DNA of 64,000 nt from Narcine bancroftii (taxonomy: Eukaryota): positions 348,688,001 through 348,752,000 of the forward strand of contig NC_091471.1 in assembly GCF_036971445.1 (NCBI RefSeq), written 5' to 3'. The first letter of the stretch is position 1, and the number at the start of each line of letters is the position of its first letter. Of the stretch, positions 51,501 through 63,810 are shown one piece after another. The notes under the pieces were generated by a model, which saw only the letters and a program-made list of their open reading frames with translations, was not told where the DNA came from and ran no database searches. The position numbers were made by a program, and so were the translations under genes.

Positions 51501-51840
51501 CCTGATTGCAGCCATCTCCGGGACAATGTACATTGGGTAACAAGCAAAAATGGTGGTGCTGCTGGATCCACTGTGGCAACAGCTGATGTGGACCTGCTAG
51601 GAGCAAGGGAGCACAGATGCAGCGCTCCTGAGGGGTCCAGCCACTCAGTCGACTACATTGGGTCCACACAGGGTTTGAATGGCCCATTGAGGGAATTGAC
51701 AGTGCTTTTAGTTGAAATCCCATGTCTGCGGGTCTGCACCCAAAATGACAGCGCCTATTAATCGGCAGCAACCACGAGGGGCTAAGGACTCCAGGGAAGC
51801 AGAGGACTGGAGCAAGGCACCAGAGGACAGGAAGATCAGG

Positions 51841-52782
51841 TGTGACAGATTATGTTTTATTTTATATTATGTATAGATTTGTTTTTGGAAGATAGATTGT
51901 GGGGTTTTAGTTAGGTTACAAACAGGTACAACAGATCTCATTTTAAAATGCAAGAATTATACATAAAGTGGTGCCCACAAGTTTACAAATACAATTGACT
52001 CCTGTGCTGAAGATTTTCACAACGAGGTGCATAATAATTAATTGATTTTTGGAGTCAGCAAGCTGTTTTAGCGGAGTGTGCTGTTTTAGGAGGGTCATGT
52101 GGTTTTGCAAGCAGAGAGGGTCAAACAAGTTTTTCTCTAAGTGTGATACAGAGAGAGAGAGTCTGCTAGGTTTCTGTAGTGGCTTTGGAAGCTTGTTTGA
52201 AACCCTATTTTTAAGACAGGTTGCGAGTTCAGCCTATTCAAAGCCCTTGTGGTCCATACAAAAGGAGATGGCTGGCTGTATAATGTTTCACCTGAGATAA
52301 GGGAAACAGAAAAGGAACCCTGTGGTGACCTGAAAGAAAGAGGTTATCATCTGGAAAACCATGATGGAGCAAGTTTCTTCGGCAAGACACTGAAGTGGCT
52401 GATTGGAAGGAATCAATTTGTGTGTGTCCAACAAGCAACAAATCTCTTTCTGAAAATCAACAAGAGCCTTCTTGAGCAGTAACCACTTACCTTTCAAGCA
52501 CCAAAGCCTGGTGAAGATTCATAAATGTTCAACTCTGTGCACAGTATAAGAATTGCCTGATACCGGTGAACTTGGAGGAGTGAGAAGTGAGATTGGACTG
52601 TGAATCAAAGAACTTTTCTGAACTTATATACATTACATACATGTGCGCTTAGTATTAGAAGGGGGTTGTTAATAGTAATAAGTTAAAGTTTGATCCTGTT
52701 TTTATGTTTAAAGAAAATTAAAAGTAACTCTTGTTTAAGTAACCAGTTGTCTTGGTGAATTTTCTATTGCTGCTGGGTAACA
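51841..52782 (+). mobile_element. Long solo LTR (~940 bp, Gypsy-type)
   Basis: TGTGACAG...GGTAACA ends. The flanks CAGG / TGGG are the two CpG-decay products of a CGGG TSD. It splits a GC-rich repeat that resumes afterwards. Confidence 0.75.
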
Positions 52783-53334
52783 TGGGCACTGACTGCGGAG
52801 AAGTGGAGGAGATTACCTGCGGGGACGGTAACCACTGCGGCGAACCAGTGAGGGAGCTCTGTGGCTGAGGGACCAGTGCATGCAGCGGGCTGCTGGCAAT
52901 TAGAGGCAAGGAACTGCAGAAGCTGTGGGCTGCTGGAGACTGCTGTTGGGCTGTGGACTGCTGAAGACTGGCTTGAACTGGCTGGAGGGGTACCAGGTAT
53001 TGGAACTGGGATGCAAGGAGATGTCAAGGGTGCTGAAGGGTTCCTCACCGTATTGTCGGTTTGGATCTGGAGCTAGGATTGCCAAATGGTTTGGACTGGA
53101 CTCTGGATGATGATGGGGGCTGCAGAAGCACTGGAGGTGAATCTCTGGACACTCGGTGACTCTGGGGGACTCTCCTTTGCTTCTCTCTCTCTGACTCTGT
53201 TCATACATAAGACATTAAAATAGATACTTAGGCAATTCCTGCTGGTGGCAAATCTATTTGCCTTGCAGCAGGCAAAAAGAAATTTCATGTAATATGACTG
53301 TTTCATTTCTCTGATAATAAATTGAATCTTGAAA

Positions 53335-53522
53335 GCTATTACAGCACCAGTGACCCTGGTTCGAACCTGGTGTAGTCTGTAAAGAGTTTGTATATTCTGC
53401 CTATTGCTTTCGGTGCTCCGGTTTCCTCCCACTGTTCAAATGTAAAGGGGTTCTAGGTTAATTGGGGTGTTAGGGCTTATGGGACAAAAGAGCCTGTTAT
53501 CGTGCTGTATTTCTAAATTTAA
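53335..53522 (+). mobile_element. tRNA-derived V-SINE (HE1-like), 5'-truncated
   Basis: Box B GGTTCGAACC, V-domain GGTGCTCCGGTTTCCTCCCAC, and a CR1-like tail; homologous to 35582..35812. Confidence 0.8.
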
Positions 53523-53859
53523 ACATTCATACATTACATCACATGCAACCCCAGATTCTTATTCTGTGGGCCAAGCAAAATTTCTAATTACAGATAACTT
53601 TATGTACTTGAAACGAAACTATAAACAAATTGAGTGTACAAATACAAAAGTATAGATTTACAGTAATAAATAATGATCAAAGTCCTTATCTGAGCCTCTG
53701 AATTAGTCAACTATTCCTAAACCTGAAGGTATAATACTGTAACACTTGTACCTCCTTCCTGATGACAGCAGGGAGGAAGGAGTATGGCCTGGGTGGTGTG
53801 AATCCTTGTTATTGCTGCTGATCCAGGCAACGTTCCATGCAAATGATCGCCTCTTTACA

Positions 53860-54700
53860 TTGGTTCCCATTCCCCTGCGAAGCTAGTTTAAACCATATCC
53901 CCTCCCCCACCAACAGCATTAGCAAACCTCCCTGATAGGATTTTGGTTCCCCTCGAGTTCAGGAACAATCCTTCCTACTTGTACAAGTCACCCTTTTCCA
54001 GAAAAGGTTCCAATGATCCAAGAACTTGAAACCCTAAACCATCTCTTCAGCCACAAATTTATCTGCACTATTTTCCTGTTCTGACCTTCCCTATCTCATG
54101 GCATCAGAAGTAATCCAGAGATTACCATCTTGGAGATCTTGCTCTTCAGCCTCCATAAACTTATTTTGCAGGACTTCTACCCCACACCTGCCTCTGTCAT
54201 TGGTGCCAATAAGTACCACAAACTTTGGCTGCTCACCATTCCCTTTATGAATATTCTGCATCTGTTCAGACATCCTGGACCAGAGCACCAGGGAGTCAAC
54301 ACAATATCCCGTTATCTCTTTTGTGGCTACAAAATCTCCTATCGGTCCCCTTGATTATTGAGTCCCCGATAACTATTGCTCTACCTGACTTCATCCTTCC
54401 TTTCTGAGGCTCAGAGCCAACCACAGTGCTATTGGTCTGGCTGCTACCTGCCCTAGATAGATCCTCCCCCTCAGTAGTATACTTGTTACTGAAGGAAATA
54501 GCCACAAGGGTACCCTGCACTGATAACCTATTCCCTTTCCTGTCACCCAGGTACCTTCCTCCTAGATGTAATTGCATCCCTGTAACTCCATCTATCACCC
54601 TATCAGCATCCTGAATGATACGGAGTTTATGGAACTCCAGTTCCAATTGCCTAACACAGTCTGTAAGGAGCTGCAGTTTGGTGCACTTCTCATACATCTT
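53860..54700 (-). mobile_element. CR1 LINE ORF1 (zinc finger/leucine zipper plus SGNH esterase), decayed
   Basis: EKCTKLQLLTDCVRQLELE...RAIVIGDSIIKGTDRRFC...VVLIGTNDRGR. Confidence 0.85.
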
Positions 54701-55250
54701 GGAGTTTTGCTAATTAGTTGTGATGTCAAACAATAGTTTGACCACCGCCAGTGGGCTGATAACGCCTCAAACCGTGCATCTTGGCGCCTCACAGTTTGGC
54801 GGGCAGCAACCTCCTTTGAAGAAGACCGCAGAGCCCACCTCACTGACAAAAGGCAAAGGAGGAAAAACCCAACACCCAACCCCAACCAACCAATTTTCCC
54901 CTGCAACCGCGGCAACCGTGTCTGCCTGTCCCGCATCGGACTTGTCAGCCACAAACAAGCCTGCAGCTGACATGGACTTTTTACCCCCTCCATAAATCTT
55001 CGTCCGCGAAGCCAAGCCAAAGAAGAAGAGAAACAATAGTCAATAAGAACATCTTTGCTGTCCAGGTGTTCCAGGGTTTTGTGAAGAGCCAGTGAGATGG
55101 CATCTGCTATAGATCTGTTGCTGCGGTAGACAAATTGGAATGGATCCATGTCGCCACTCAGAAGAGCTCAAAACACTTCATCACTATGGATGTGAATGCC
55201 ATTGGTTGAAAGTCGTTTAGGCAGGATACCACACTCTTCTTGGGCACTAG
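54700..55250 (-). mobile_element. Rex1/Babar-like RT fragment, host of an RTE insertion
   Basis: VMKCFE...MDPFQFVYRSNRSIADAISLALHKTLEHLDSKD..LIDY. Confidence 0.8.
54738..55030 (+). mobile_element. RTE-clade LINE 3' fragment
   Basis: Near-identical to 18622..18912; 10-bp TSD AAACAATAGT (54728..54737 / 55031..55040). Confidence 0.95.
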
Positions 55251-55878
55251 TCCTCTCAAATGTTAACATTGGATTTTTCTCCTTACTACTGACTCAACTG
55301 CAAGTTAACCTTTATGAGTCCTGCACAACAATTTGACGATCCTTTGGAATTCTGCTTTCTGAATTCTCTCCCAATTTAGAAAATGGTTGATTTCTTTATT
55401 CCTTCTATCAAAGTTCATGATCTTGCACTTCCCTATTTTGTATTCCATTGGCCGTTTCTTTGCCCATTCTCCCAACCTGTCCAAGTCTCTCTGCAGACTT
55501 TCTGCTTCCTCAACACTACCCACTCCTCTATCTATCTTTGATCATTTTGTCTTCATTCCTGTATGGCCTCACCAAAGCCCATCATTATTTGCAAAAACCA
55601 CCATTATCATAGCACACTCATCATCATATAATAAAGGCTAATATGTTGTGTGTGGCCACTAGCTTGCTGTCACAGCATGTTTTCTTTCAGTGATTTGAAT
55701 ATAGAACCAAACAGCATCAAAGGCCATTTACTTGCATGAAGAAACCACAAGCAGGTTAGACAAAGGAGATGCAGTGGATGTTGTATATTTGGATTTTCAA
55801 AAGGCCTTTCTTTGATAAGGTGCTGCATGAGGCTGCTTAACAAGATGAGAGACTATGCAATGACAGGAAAGATACTAG

Positions 55879-56211
55879 TGTAGCGTCTGCTGCAGCAGCA
55901 CTACAGAATAAAGAGACGTCCACACTATGCGAGGGTGAACCAGTAACTGACTTTATTATTTGAATTCCTCACGCTGTGCACAAGGGAACACCCAGTGACG
56001 TGTGCACCGGCTTCCAGAAGTGATATCAGTGCGTTGTGGCATCACTCCCTGGCTGGCAGTTCGCCACCCAGAAGCAGGAGATACCCTGGGCAACACATGG
56101 CATCAACTGCGGGCTTCTTCTCAGGAGGGAAGGGGGACCCGCATATCTTGAGTTGGCCGACTTAGGTAGCGACTCAACCCATCTAACTGCGTGGTCACTC
56201 AGTTCACTACA
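55879..56211 (-). mobile_element. Solo LTR
   Basis: TGTAGCG...CACTACA ends, 4-bp TSD CTAG (55875..55878 / 56212..56215), AATAAA on the minus strand. Confidence 0.85.
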
Positions 56212-56384
56212 CTAGCATGTTTAGAGCAATGGCTGATCGTCAAAAAAAGAGTGGGAATAGTCACTTCTTTTTACACTGTATGTTAATGATATGGAGTTCA
56301 GAATAAAATAGGTTTACAGATGATACAAAAGACAGGTGGAGGGCAGGTAGTCATGAGGAAATGGAGAGGCTGCAGAGAGACTGA

Positions 56385-57810
56385 GAACCATAGAACATTA
56401 CAGCACAGAAATAGGCCTTTTCAGCTCTTCTAGTCTGTGCTGAACCATTTTTTTTGCCTAGTCCCTTTGACCTGTACCCTGCCCATAGCCCTTCATATCT
56501 CTCTCATCCATATACCTGTCCAAATTCCTCTTAAATGTTAAAATTGAGCCCACATTTTACCAGTACAGCTGGAAGCCTGTTCCACACCCTCACCACTCTC
56601 TGAGTGAAGAAGTTCACCTGAAACTTTTCTCCTTTCACTCTCAACCCACAACCTCTGGTTTGTATCTCACCTACCCTCAGTGGAAAAAGCCTATCTACAT
56701 TACTCTGTCTATCCCCCTCATAATTTCAAATACCTCTATCAAATCTCCCCTCATTTTTCTACACTCCAAGGAATAAAGTCCTAACCTGTTTAACCTTACC
56801 CTGTAACTCAGTTCCTGAAGTCATGGCAATATCCCAGTAAAGATTCTCTATACTCTTTCTATATTGGTATCTTTCCTGTAGTACTCCAAATTTGGCCTCA
56901 CCAATGTCTTAGACAACTTTACCACAACATCCCAACTCCTGTACTCACTATTTAATTTATGAAGGCCAATATGCCCAAAGTTCTCTTTACAACCCTATCC
57001 ACCTGTGACACCACTTTCAGGGAATTATGTATCTGTTTTCCCAGATCCCTTTATTCTACCACACTCCTCAGTGCCCTACCATTTACCGTGCATTTCTTTC
57101 TTGGTTTGTCCTGCCAAAATTAGTCTGCATTAAATTCCATCTGTCATTTTTAAGCCCATTTTTCCAGCTGGTCCAATCCCTCTGAAAGCTTTGAAAACCT
57201 TCTTCGCTGACCACAAAACTTTCAATCTTAGTCTCACCTGTAAACTTGCTGATCCAATTTACCATATTATCATCCAAATCATTGATACAGATGACAAACA
57301 ACAATGGTCCCAGCACTATTCCCTGAGACACACCACTAGTTGCAGGCCTCCAGTCTGAGAAGCAATCATCCACCACTACTCCCAAATGGCCATTGTTGAT
57401 CCAGTTCACTACTTCACCATGAATACCTAGCGTCTGAACCTTCCTGACTAACCTCCCACATGGGACTTTATCAAAGCCCTCACTAAAGTTCATGTAGACA
57501 ACATCCACAGCCTTTCCTTTGTCAACTTTCCTGGTAACCTCCTTGAAAAAAACACTACAAGATTGGTTAAACATGACCAACCACAAAGCCATGTTGACGA
57601 TCACTAATCAGTCCATGGCTTTCCAAATAATTGTATATCTGATCTCTTAGAACATCTTCCAATAATTTACCTACGACTGACGACAGGCACATCAGCCTAT
57701 AATTTCCAGGGTTACTTTTGGAGCCTTTTTTTAAACAATGGAACAACATGAGCTACCCTCTGGCATCACATCTATGTCTAAGGACATTTTAAATATTTCT
57801 GCCAGAGCCC
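56385..57810 (-). mobile_element. CR1 LINE ORF2 (RT to 3' UTR)
   Basis: NPGNYR..LSSVVGKLLE, QHGF, KAVDVVYMNFSEGFDKVP, SGVSQGIVLGPLLFVICINDLD, and a tail GCTGTAATGTTCTATGGTTCT. Confidence 0.92.
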
Positions 57811-58419
57811 CTTCCTGATCTCATCTTTAATTGAGATGCAACCAACCTCCCAAACTTTCCTTCTAAATTAATTAGGAGAATAAGCAAAGAAGTGGCAAAT
57901 GAAGTACAATGTTGGAAAGTGTTTGGTCATATCCTTTGGAGAAAGGATAGTTCAAAATTCAGAGGTGCAAAGGGACTCCCTTCATGCAGGATAGCCTTAA
58001 GGTTAACCTCCAGGATGAGTTGGCAGTGAAGAAGGCGAATGCATTTGTTGGCATTCATAGAGAGGAAAAAAGAGATAAGAGCAGAGATGTGATGTTGAGG
58101 TTACACAGGGTACAGCTTTGTGCTCCTTAATGTGCTGGCATTAGAGAGGGTTCAGAGAATTTTCACAAGAATGATTCCTGGAATAAAGGGATTAGCATGA
58201 CAAACATTTGACAGCTCTTGGACTGGACTCTTTGGAGTTTAGAAGAATGAGGGGGGCCTCATACAATGTTGAAAGGCCAGGAAAGAATAGATGTGGCAGA
58301 TCTGTTTCCAATGGTAGAGGAATCAAGCACAAAAGGGATTTAAGGGTGTCTATTTAAAACAGAGATGTAGAAGAATTTCTTCAGCCAAAGAGTGGTGAAT
58401 CCTTTGAATTTGCTATTAT

Positions 58420-59990
58420 GCCCTATACTCTTTCTTCCCTTCTCCCCTAGCCTTTCTATTCAGGTACCTGCTGCCTTTTACTCATACCTTGAAGAAGGAC
58501 TCAGGCCTTCTTTACTTTCTATTGGCACTGCAGGGCCTGCTGAGTTCCTCCAGCATCCTTGTGTTTTTACTATATCTCATGGCAGTTCTGACAGTAAATC
58601 ACATTTTCCCATAACTCTGTAAACCACTTTCTTTCAATAAAAGTGACATCTCGTTCTGCTTTCATATTATGAAATGAAACAGAATTAAATTTAAGAAACA
58701 TTGGTCTGAATGCAAAAACACAATGCTGGAGAAACTCAGCAAGTCAAACAGTGCACTTTATACAGCAAAGATAAAGATATGTAACCAATGTTTCAGGCTT
58801 GAGCCCATCATCAAAATATAAGCAAAATGTAGGCAGGAACCCAAGTATCAGGCGCCTGTAGATTTTGCTCATGCATTGATGAAGAGCTCAAGCATTGAAT
58901 GTTGGTTATGTATCCTCATATAACATTACAGCACAGAAAACGGGCCCTTCTCATCAGTGCCAATTGATTATTGTCTAGTTCCTCTGAACTGAACACAGTG
59001 CATACCCCTCCCATCCATGGGCCCAAATTTTTCTTAAATGTGCAAAATAAGCCTACATTCACCACTTCAGCAGGCAGTTCATTGCACACTCCCACCACTC
59101 TATATGGGAAGCTCGCCCTAACGTCTCTCCTAAACTCACCATTAATCCATGTCCTCTGGTTTGCATCTCTCCTACCCTCAGTTGAAAAAGTCTACCTACA
59201 TTTACTGTCTTTATCTTCTGTAAGGTATACCTCTCTCAAATCTCCCCTCCTTCTACACTCCAGAGAATAAAATGCTAACCCTGTAACTCAGTTTCTCAAG
59301 TTCCAGCAATGTACACCTGAATCATCTTTCTCTTACAATCTTATTGATAATATTCCTATAGATACATAACCCAGGCACCTGCCTATATTTTGCTTGCACC
59401 TCGATGAAGGGCTCAAGCCTGCAACGTTGGTTATGTATCTTTATCTTTGCTATTGACATTTATTTTGGGGGGGGGGGTTATGTTACAAAAGTGCGAATCA
59501 CTCCCCCCAAGGGACACCTACTAGTGTTATTTGACCTGAGAACCAGACCATTCGGGGGCCCCACATGATCTGGTTTCATGCGTCCAGAGCTAACTGAACC
59601 CGTCGCCCGCACCCTGCATGTATATATCATAACATCCCAGCGACCCACACACCATGAGGAGGGCAATGTCGGCGAGCACAGTGCAGGACACTTCCAGAGC
59701 GTTGAGCGCTGATGAAGATCTTGATAGAAGAAACCCATGGTACCCAACAACCACTGGCTCCTGCTTCACCCCACGCACATCCCAGCCAATGTTCTTCAAA
59801 AATTCCAGAATGGGCTCTTGGATCACTATACTTCCGTACTTTCAGGTCCTGAGTCCCTCTCATCCGATTTTCTGAGGGGACGGCGACATCCATCACCACT
59901 GCAACTGAAACGTTGGAAACAACAAGGTGCACTTTGACCTGCTAAGTTTCTCCAACGTTGTGTTTTTACCTCAACCACAGTGTCTGCTGT
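58420..59990. mobile_element. Cluster of Penelope-like termini in both orientations with nested CR1 3' end and LTR-like insert
   Basis: Terminus motif at ~58487 (+), 58781..58815 (-), ~58876 (+), ~59400 (+) and ~59935 (+). CR1 minus fragment at 58916..59360. Confidence 0.7.
59468..59926 (+). mobile_element. Possible PPT plus LTR fragment
   Basis: G-run GGGGGGGGGGTTA|TGTTACA followed by ~440 bp of CpG-retaining sequence. No TSD identified. Confidence 0.35.
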
Positions 59991-60099
59991 GTCATGTTGT
60001 TTTACAACTGATCTGAACATAACAGTATAAACGAGTGAAAAGAATCAAAAGTTGAAATTTGTTCACCCAAATAGACATAATTGGCAATATTTATAGTCT

Positions 60100-60480
60100 C
60101 ACATGAGGGGAGTATGCCCCAAACTTGAGCCAGCGCTCCAGTACCTGAGTGCCGACAACCATTCCCGCTCCTTCACCAACATGGCGGTCGGTGGGAAGAT
60201 AAACTGACAGTCCCGCACGCTCACACACACCTCGACCGTTAGTGCGCACGCGCAGGTCCTCCCGCCAGTGAGCGGACTGCGCAGGCGCCCGGCACATTGC
60301 AGCAGACATGCGCAGTGTGGCAGGCACCAAGTCTGGAGGCAGCGGAGTCTCAACGGAACGGGCTGGGCGGCGAGTTGTAGACACAATGGGCTACTTCAAC
60401 CCCATGTCACAGATCAGGTAGGAGGTCATCCGCCCTCCAGAACCTCACCTCCTGTGGGGCAGGGCGGTTACGGGAAGGAA
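60100..60480. promoter_or_regulatory. CpG-island promoter / first exon, possibly bidirectional
   Basis: Dense CpGs in non-repeat sequence. NRF1-like TGCGCACGCGCA (60243), TGCGCAGGCGC (60278) and CATGCGCA (60307). YY1-like AACATGGCGG (60178). Donors CAG|GTAGG (+, 60418) and CAG|GTACT (-, 60144). Confidence 0.75.
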
Positions 60481-60524
60481 AAGGGCTTTTGCAGGGGAAT
60501 GGGGGTCCGTTGGAGAGGATGAAG

Positions 60525-60752
60525 GTGAAGGGGAGATATCCGTGGTGGGAGAGGGGAAGGAAAGTGATCTGTGGAGGGAGAGGGGAAGGGGAATGATCTG
60601 TGGAGGGAGAGGAGAAGGGGAATGATCTGTGGTGGGAGAGAGGATGGGAGCTGCCCTGTGGTGGGAGTGGGGATGGGGGCTGATCTGTGGTGAGAGGGGA
60701 GTGATCAGTGCTGGGAGAGGGGAAGGGGAGTGATCTGTGGTGGGAGAAGGGG
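60525..60752. repeat. G-rich ~30-bp degenerate tandem repeat
   Basis: GGGAGAGGGGAAGGGG.(A/G)TGATCTGTGGT repeated about 7 times just downstream of the plus-strand donor. Confidence 0.85.
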
Positions 60753-60919
60753 GTCAGAGAAGGAAGGTTGAAACAGTCGTGTGAAGTGATCTGTTGTGCA
60801 AAGGCAATATGATCTGAAGCAGAGTGGAGGGGGGTAGGAGCAGCGTGAGGTTTGTGGGGCTTTCAATGTAATGGCCTGGACAAAAGGATGCAGTTGAGCA
60901 ACAAGATTCTGTAAGCAAC

Positions 60920-61625
60920 ACAGAGAGACACAAAAGCTGCAGATGCTGATATTTTGAGCAGACAATGAATTGCTGGAGAAACTCAGCAGGTCAGTAAGAT
61001 CTATGGGTAGAAATGGTCAGTCATCGTTTTGAGTAGAAACTCTTCATCATGATGAAGGTAGAATAGGTGAAATTCTATGTATAAAGAGGGGAGAAGCTAG
61101 GTGAGGTTCCCAGAAGTGATTTGGTAGAGAACAGAAGGCGGGAGCAAAGGAGAAACGGGTAGCGGGAGTAACCATTCAGCAACAGTGGTGGAAACAGTGG
61201 AATCAGATGAGTGTCGGGGGGATACCTAATATTAGAAAAATCAGTGTTCATGCAGTTATGTTTAAGGCTGACATCAAATGGCATAAGTATTGATTTTTCT
61301 AATTTTAGGATCTCCCATCTGATAACACTTTACTTCTCTTCCTGACCTATTCCTCTACATATGACTCTCACTCTCTCTCTCTTTTTAACTTCTTTTCCTA
61401 TCCCCATTCCTGATGGTTTCTCCCCTTACTGGTCTCTCCTCCTTCTCCCCTATTCTATCATCACGGGATTCTTCCTCCAGCTCCTTTCCCCTTTTACTTA
61501 TGTAATTTCACCTATTCTCTTAGTTTTGATAAAGGGTTTCGACCCAAAATGTTGACTGACAACTTCTACCCATGGATGCTGTCTGTACTCACTGAGTTCC
61601 TCCAGCTGATCTTTGCTGCTTGAGA
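60920..61625. mobile_element. Two Penelope-like fragments in inverted (back-to-back) arrangement
   Basis: Minus copy with TGCTGGAGAAACTCAGCAGGTCA and the GIY-YIG tail MNTDFSNI (ORF 61075..61284). Plus copy ends TTGATAAAGGGTTTCGACCCAAAATGTTGACTG...CTGAGTTCCTCCAGC. Confidence 0.7.
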
Positions 61626-62589
61626 TTCTGAGAGCACCTGGGATTATAATTGATCACTTAATTAGCGATGTATTCATGAACAGAAATACACTGCAGGAGT
61701 GGCAACTTGTGAAAGACTGTTTTCATTCAAGCTATTTGCTGTTTATAGCTTAATGTTTCTTGCCTAACTTGTTTTATTTCTGATTTCTAGCTTTTGTGTT
61801 GTTTTCTTTTTATTTGAGTGATCAGAATTCAAGAAAGAAAAATAAAAGTAGATGTTCTAATTGTCATGTCTGCTCTGCCATACGTTAAAATTGTCCCTGA
61901 TCCAATCTTGAGCTCAATACCACTTTCCTTTCTCCCTGCCCTTTGTCTCCAATGTAGCTTAAAATGTCTGTTCAGTGACACTCTCCCTTCTACAGCTCAG
62001 AGGAATTAAGAATTCCAAAGATTCACAATTCCATGGTAGAGAAAGAATCCAGCTCATCTAAGTCTGAAGAGGATAATCTCTTAATCTGAAACAACTGAAT
62101 AACTCTGGATACCCACACTGAAAAAAAAAATTTTCTGAGCATTAACTCTTGTCAGAACCTGGTGTGGTTCAATAAAATCTCCTATTTATCTAATCTCCAA
62201 TGAGTAAAGGTCCAACTGTCTCAACCCTTCCTCCTGACAAACTACCCAGTACATTTATTCTGCTCTACTTCTTGTATGAGCACACCCTTCCTAAGTGTGA
62301 TGTTTGTTGTGGGTTGTTAACTTGGGCTGAGCCGGATGCGTGATTATTGAAGATATGATTTGCCTGAGAGAACAGAGTTTGCCTATGTTCACAGAATCCT
62401 TGCAAAACAGGGATGTCCCCTCATAGTTACATGCTAATTGTCTGGAAAGATTTCTACGACTTTGTGTTTGATAAGCCAGATTCACTTAACCCTGCAGTTT
62501 CCTCAGCCATAAAGATGATGCTATCATGTTAACATTGAGCTTGGTTTTGTTTTCTCTTGTCAGCAAGTGAGGGAAATATTATAATGATC

Positions 62590-62744
62590 TATGTATTCTA
62601 GTGCATACATATGTGCTGAGGGACGCAATGAGGCTTGGTGCAGTCAACGCGAGGGTGTTGTGCAGAAGGATCACAGTCTAGAGTCTTCCCATTACTGGGC
62701 ACTGACTAGAGTGGCATTCCAAGGAGAACATGGTCATAGATTAC

Positions 62745-62784
<40 letters not shown>

Positions 62785-63071
62785 GCGTTTGCATTTGTTA
62801 TTTTTACAATACCATTTAAATCTTATTAAAAAAATTTAAACACACTAATATATATATTTTTTAAATAAGATTTAAATGGTATTGCAAAAATAACAAATGC
62901 ACACTGTGTTTGTGTGTGTAGTAACCTATTAGCAAGTGCTCCTTTGGAATGGCCATCCTAGCACTGTGGGGCTGAGTCAGGGGAAGTCCCTCAACCAACA
63001 GAGAAACAACATGTGGTGGTAATGGTGTATTGAGAGAACAAATGTAACTATGCACATTGATGAGAATGTAT
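62590..63071. repeat. ~480-bp imperfect inverted repeat (foldback) containing a (CA)n tract
   Basis: GCATTTGTTATTTTTACAATACCATTTAAATCTTATT pairs with AATAAGATTTAAATGGTATTGCAAAAATAACAAATGC. (CA)n pairs with (TG)n, and ATTCCAAGGAG with CTCCTTTGGAAT. Weaker pairing extends out to the ends. Confidence 0.85.
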
Positions 63072-63099
63072 ATTGTTGAGGGGAATGGCCACAGAGGTG

Positions 63100-63420
63100 C
63101 TCTGCACTGTTTGCTTATTCCCCTTTCCTCTCCTAACAGTCACCCATTTACCTGCCTCCTGACTTTTGGGGGTGACTGTCTCTCTGAAGCTCCTCTCCAT
63201 CACTGCCTCTGCCTCCTGAATGATCTGGAGTTCATCAAATTCCCTGACTTGGTCTCCCAGGAGCTGCAGCTGGATACAGCAGGTGTAGTCATCAGGGACA
63301 ATTGTGCTGTGTCAGATTTCCCACATTCTGCAATCGGAGCATTCCACTGTCCTAGCTATCTCCATTAACTCTTCCTAATTTAAATACAAATATCTTACCT
63401 GGCCTTACCTCACTGGAATC
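63100..63420 (-). mobile_element. CR1 ORF1 5' fragment
   Basis: Minus strand VECSDCRMWEI...VPDDYTC..IQLQLLGDQVRE. Confidence 0.7.
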
Positions 63421-63457
63421 AAACTCGTCCTCAGACTCTGCTCACCGAAGCCTCATG

Positions 63458-63810
63458 AGCCAAAGCCCCTAAGTCCCACTCCTACGCTGGGCCAAAGCCT
63501 CTGTCCCACTCCTACACTGGGCCAAAGCCTCAAAGTCCCACTCCTACACTGGGCCAAAGCCTCAAAGTCCCACTCCTACACTGGGCCAAAGCCTCAAAGT
63601 CCCACTCCTACACTGGGCCAAAGCCTCAAAGTCCCACTCCTACACTGGGCCAAAGCCTCAAAGTCCCACTCCTACACTGGGCCAAAGCCTCAAAGTCCCA
63701 CTCCTACACTGGGCCAAAGCCTCAAAGTCCCACTCCTACACTGGGCCAAAGCCTCTAAGTCCCACTCCTACACTGGGCCAAAGCCTCTAAATCCCACTCC
63801 TACACTGGGC
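63458..63810. repeat. 32-bp tandem repeat, ~11 copies
   Basis: CCCACTCCTACACTGGGCCAAAGCCTCAAAGT at 63601, 63633 and onward; homogeneous in the centre, variant at the edges. Confidence 0.95.

Larger units (their letters stand above)
55740..58410 (+). mobile_element. Decayed CR1 LINE (+), split by a solo LTR and a minus-strand CR1
   Basis: VDVVYLDFQKAF at ~55770; resumes at ~57875 with KKWQMKYNVGKC...RVQR.FTRMIPG. Confidence 0.7.

Noticed and set aside
54595-55149. 184-aa ORF
   Set aside because: It is a chimera of Rex1/Babar RT, antisense RTE and CR1 ORF1 pieces.
59709-59740. Hammerhead-like CTGATGA...GAAAC in the LTR-like insert
   Set aside because: The intervening bases do not form a convincing stem II and no cleavage triplet or stem III is apparent.
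62540-62572. Possible 3-nt microexon (TTTTCTCTTGTCAG|CAA|GTGAG)
   Set aside because: Such motif juxtapositions arise by chance and there is no supporting gene model in the window.
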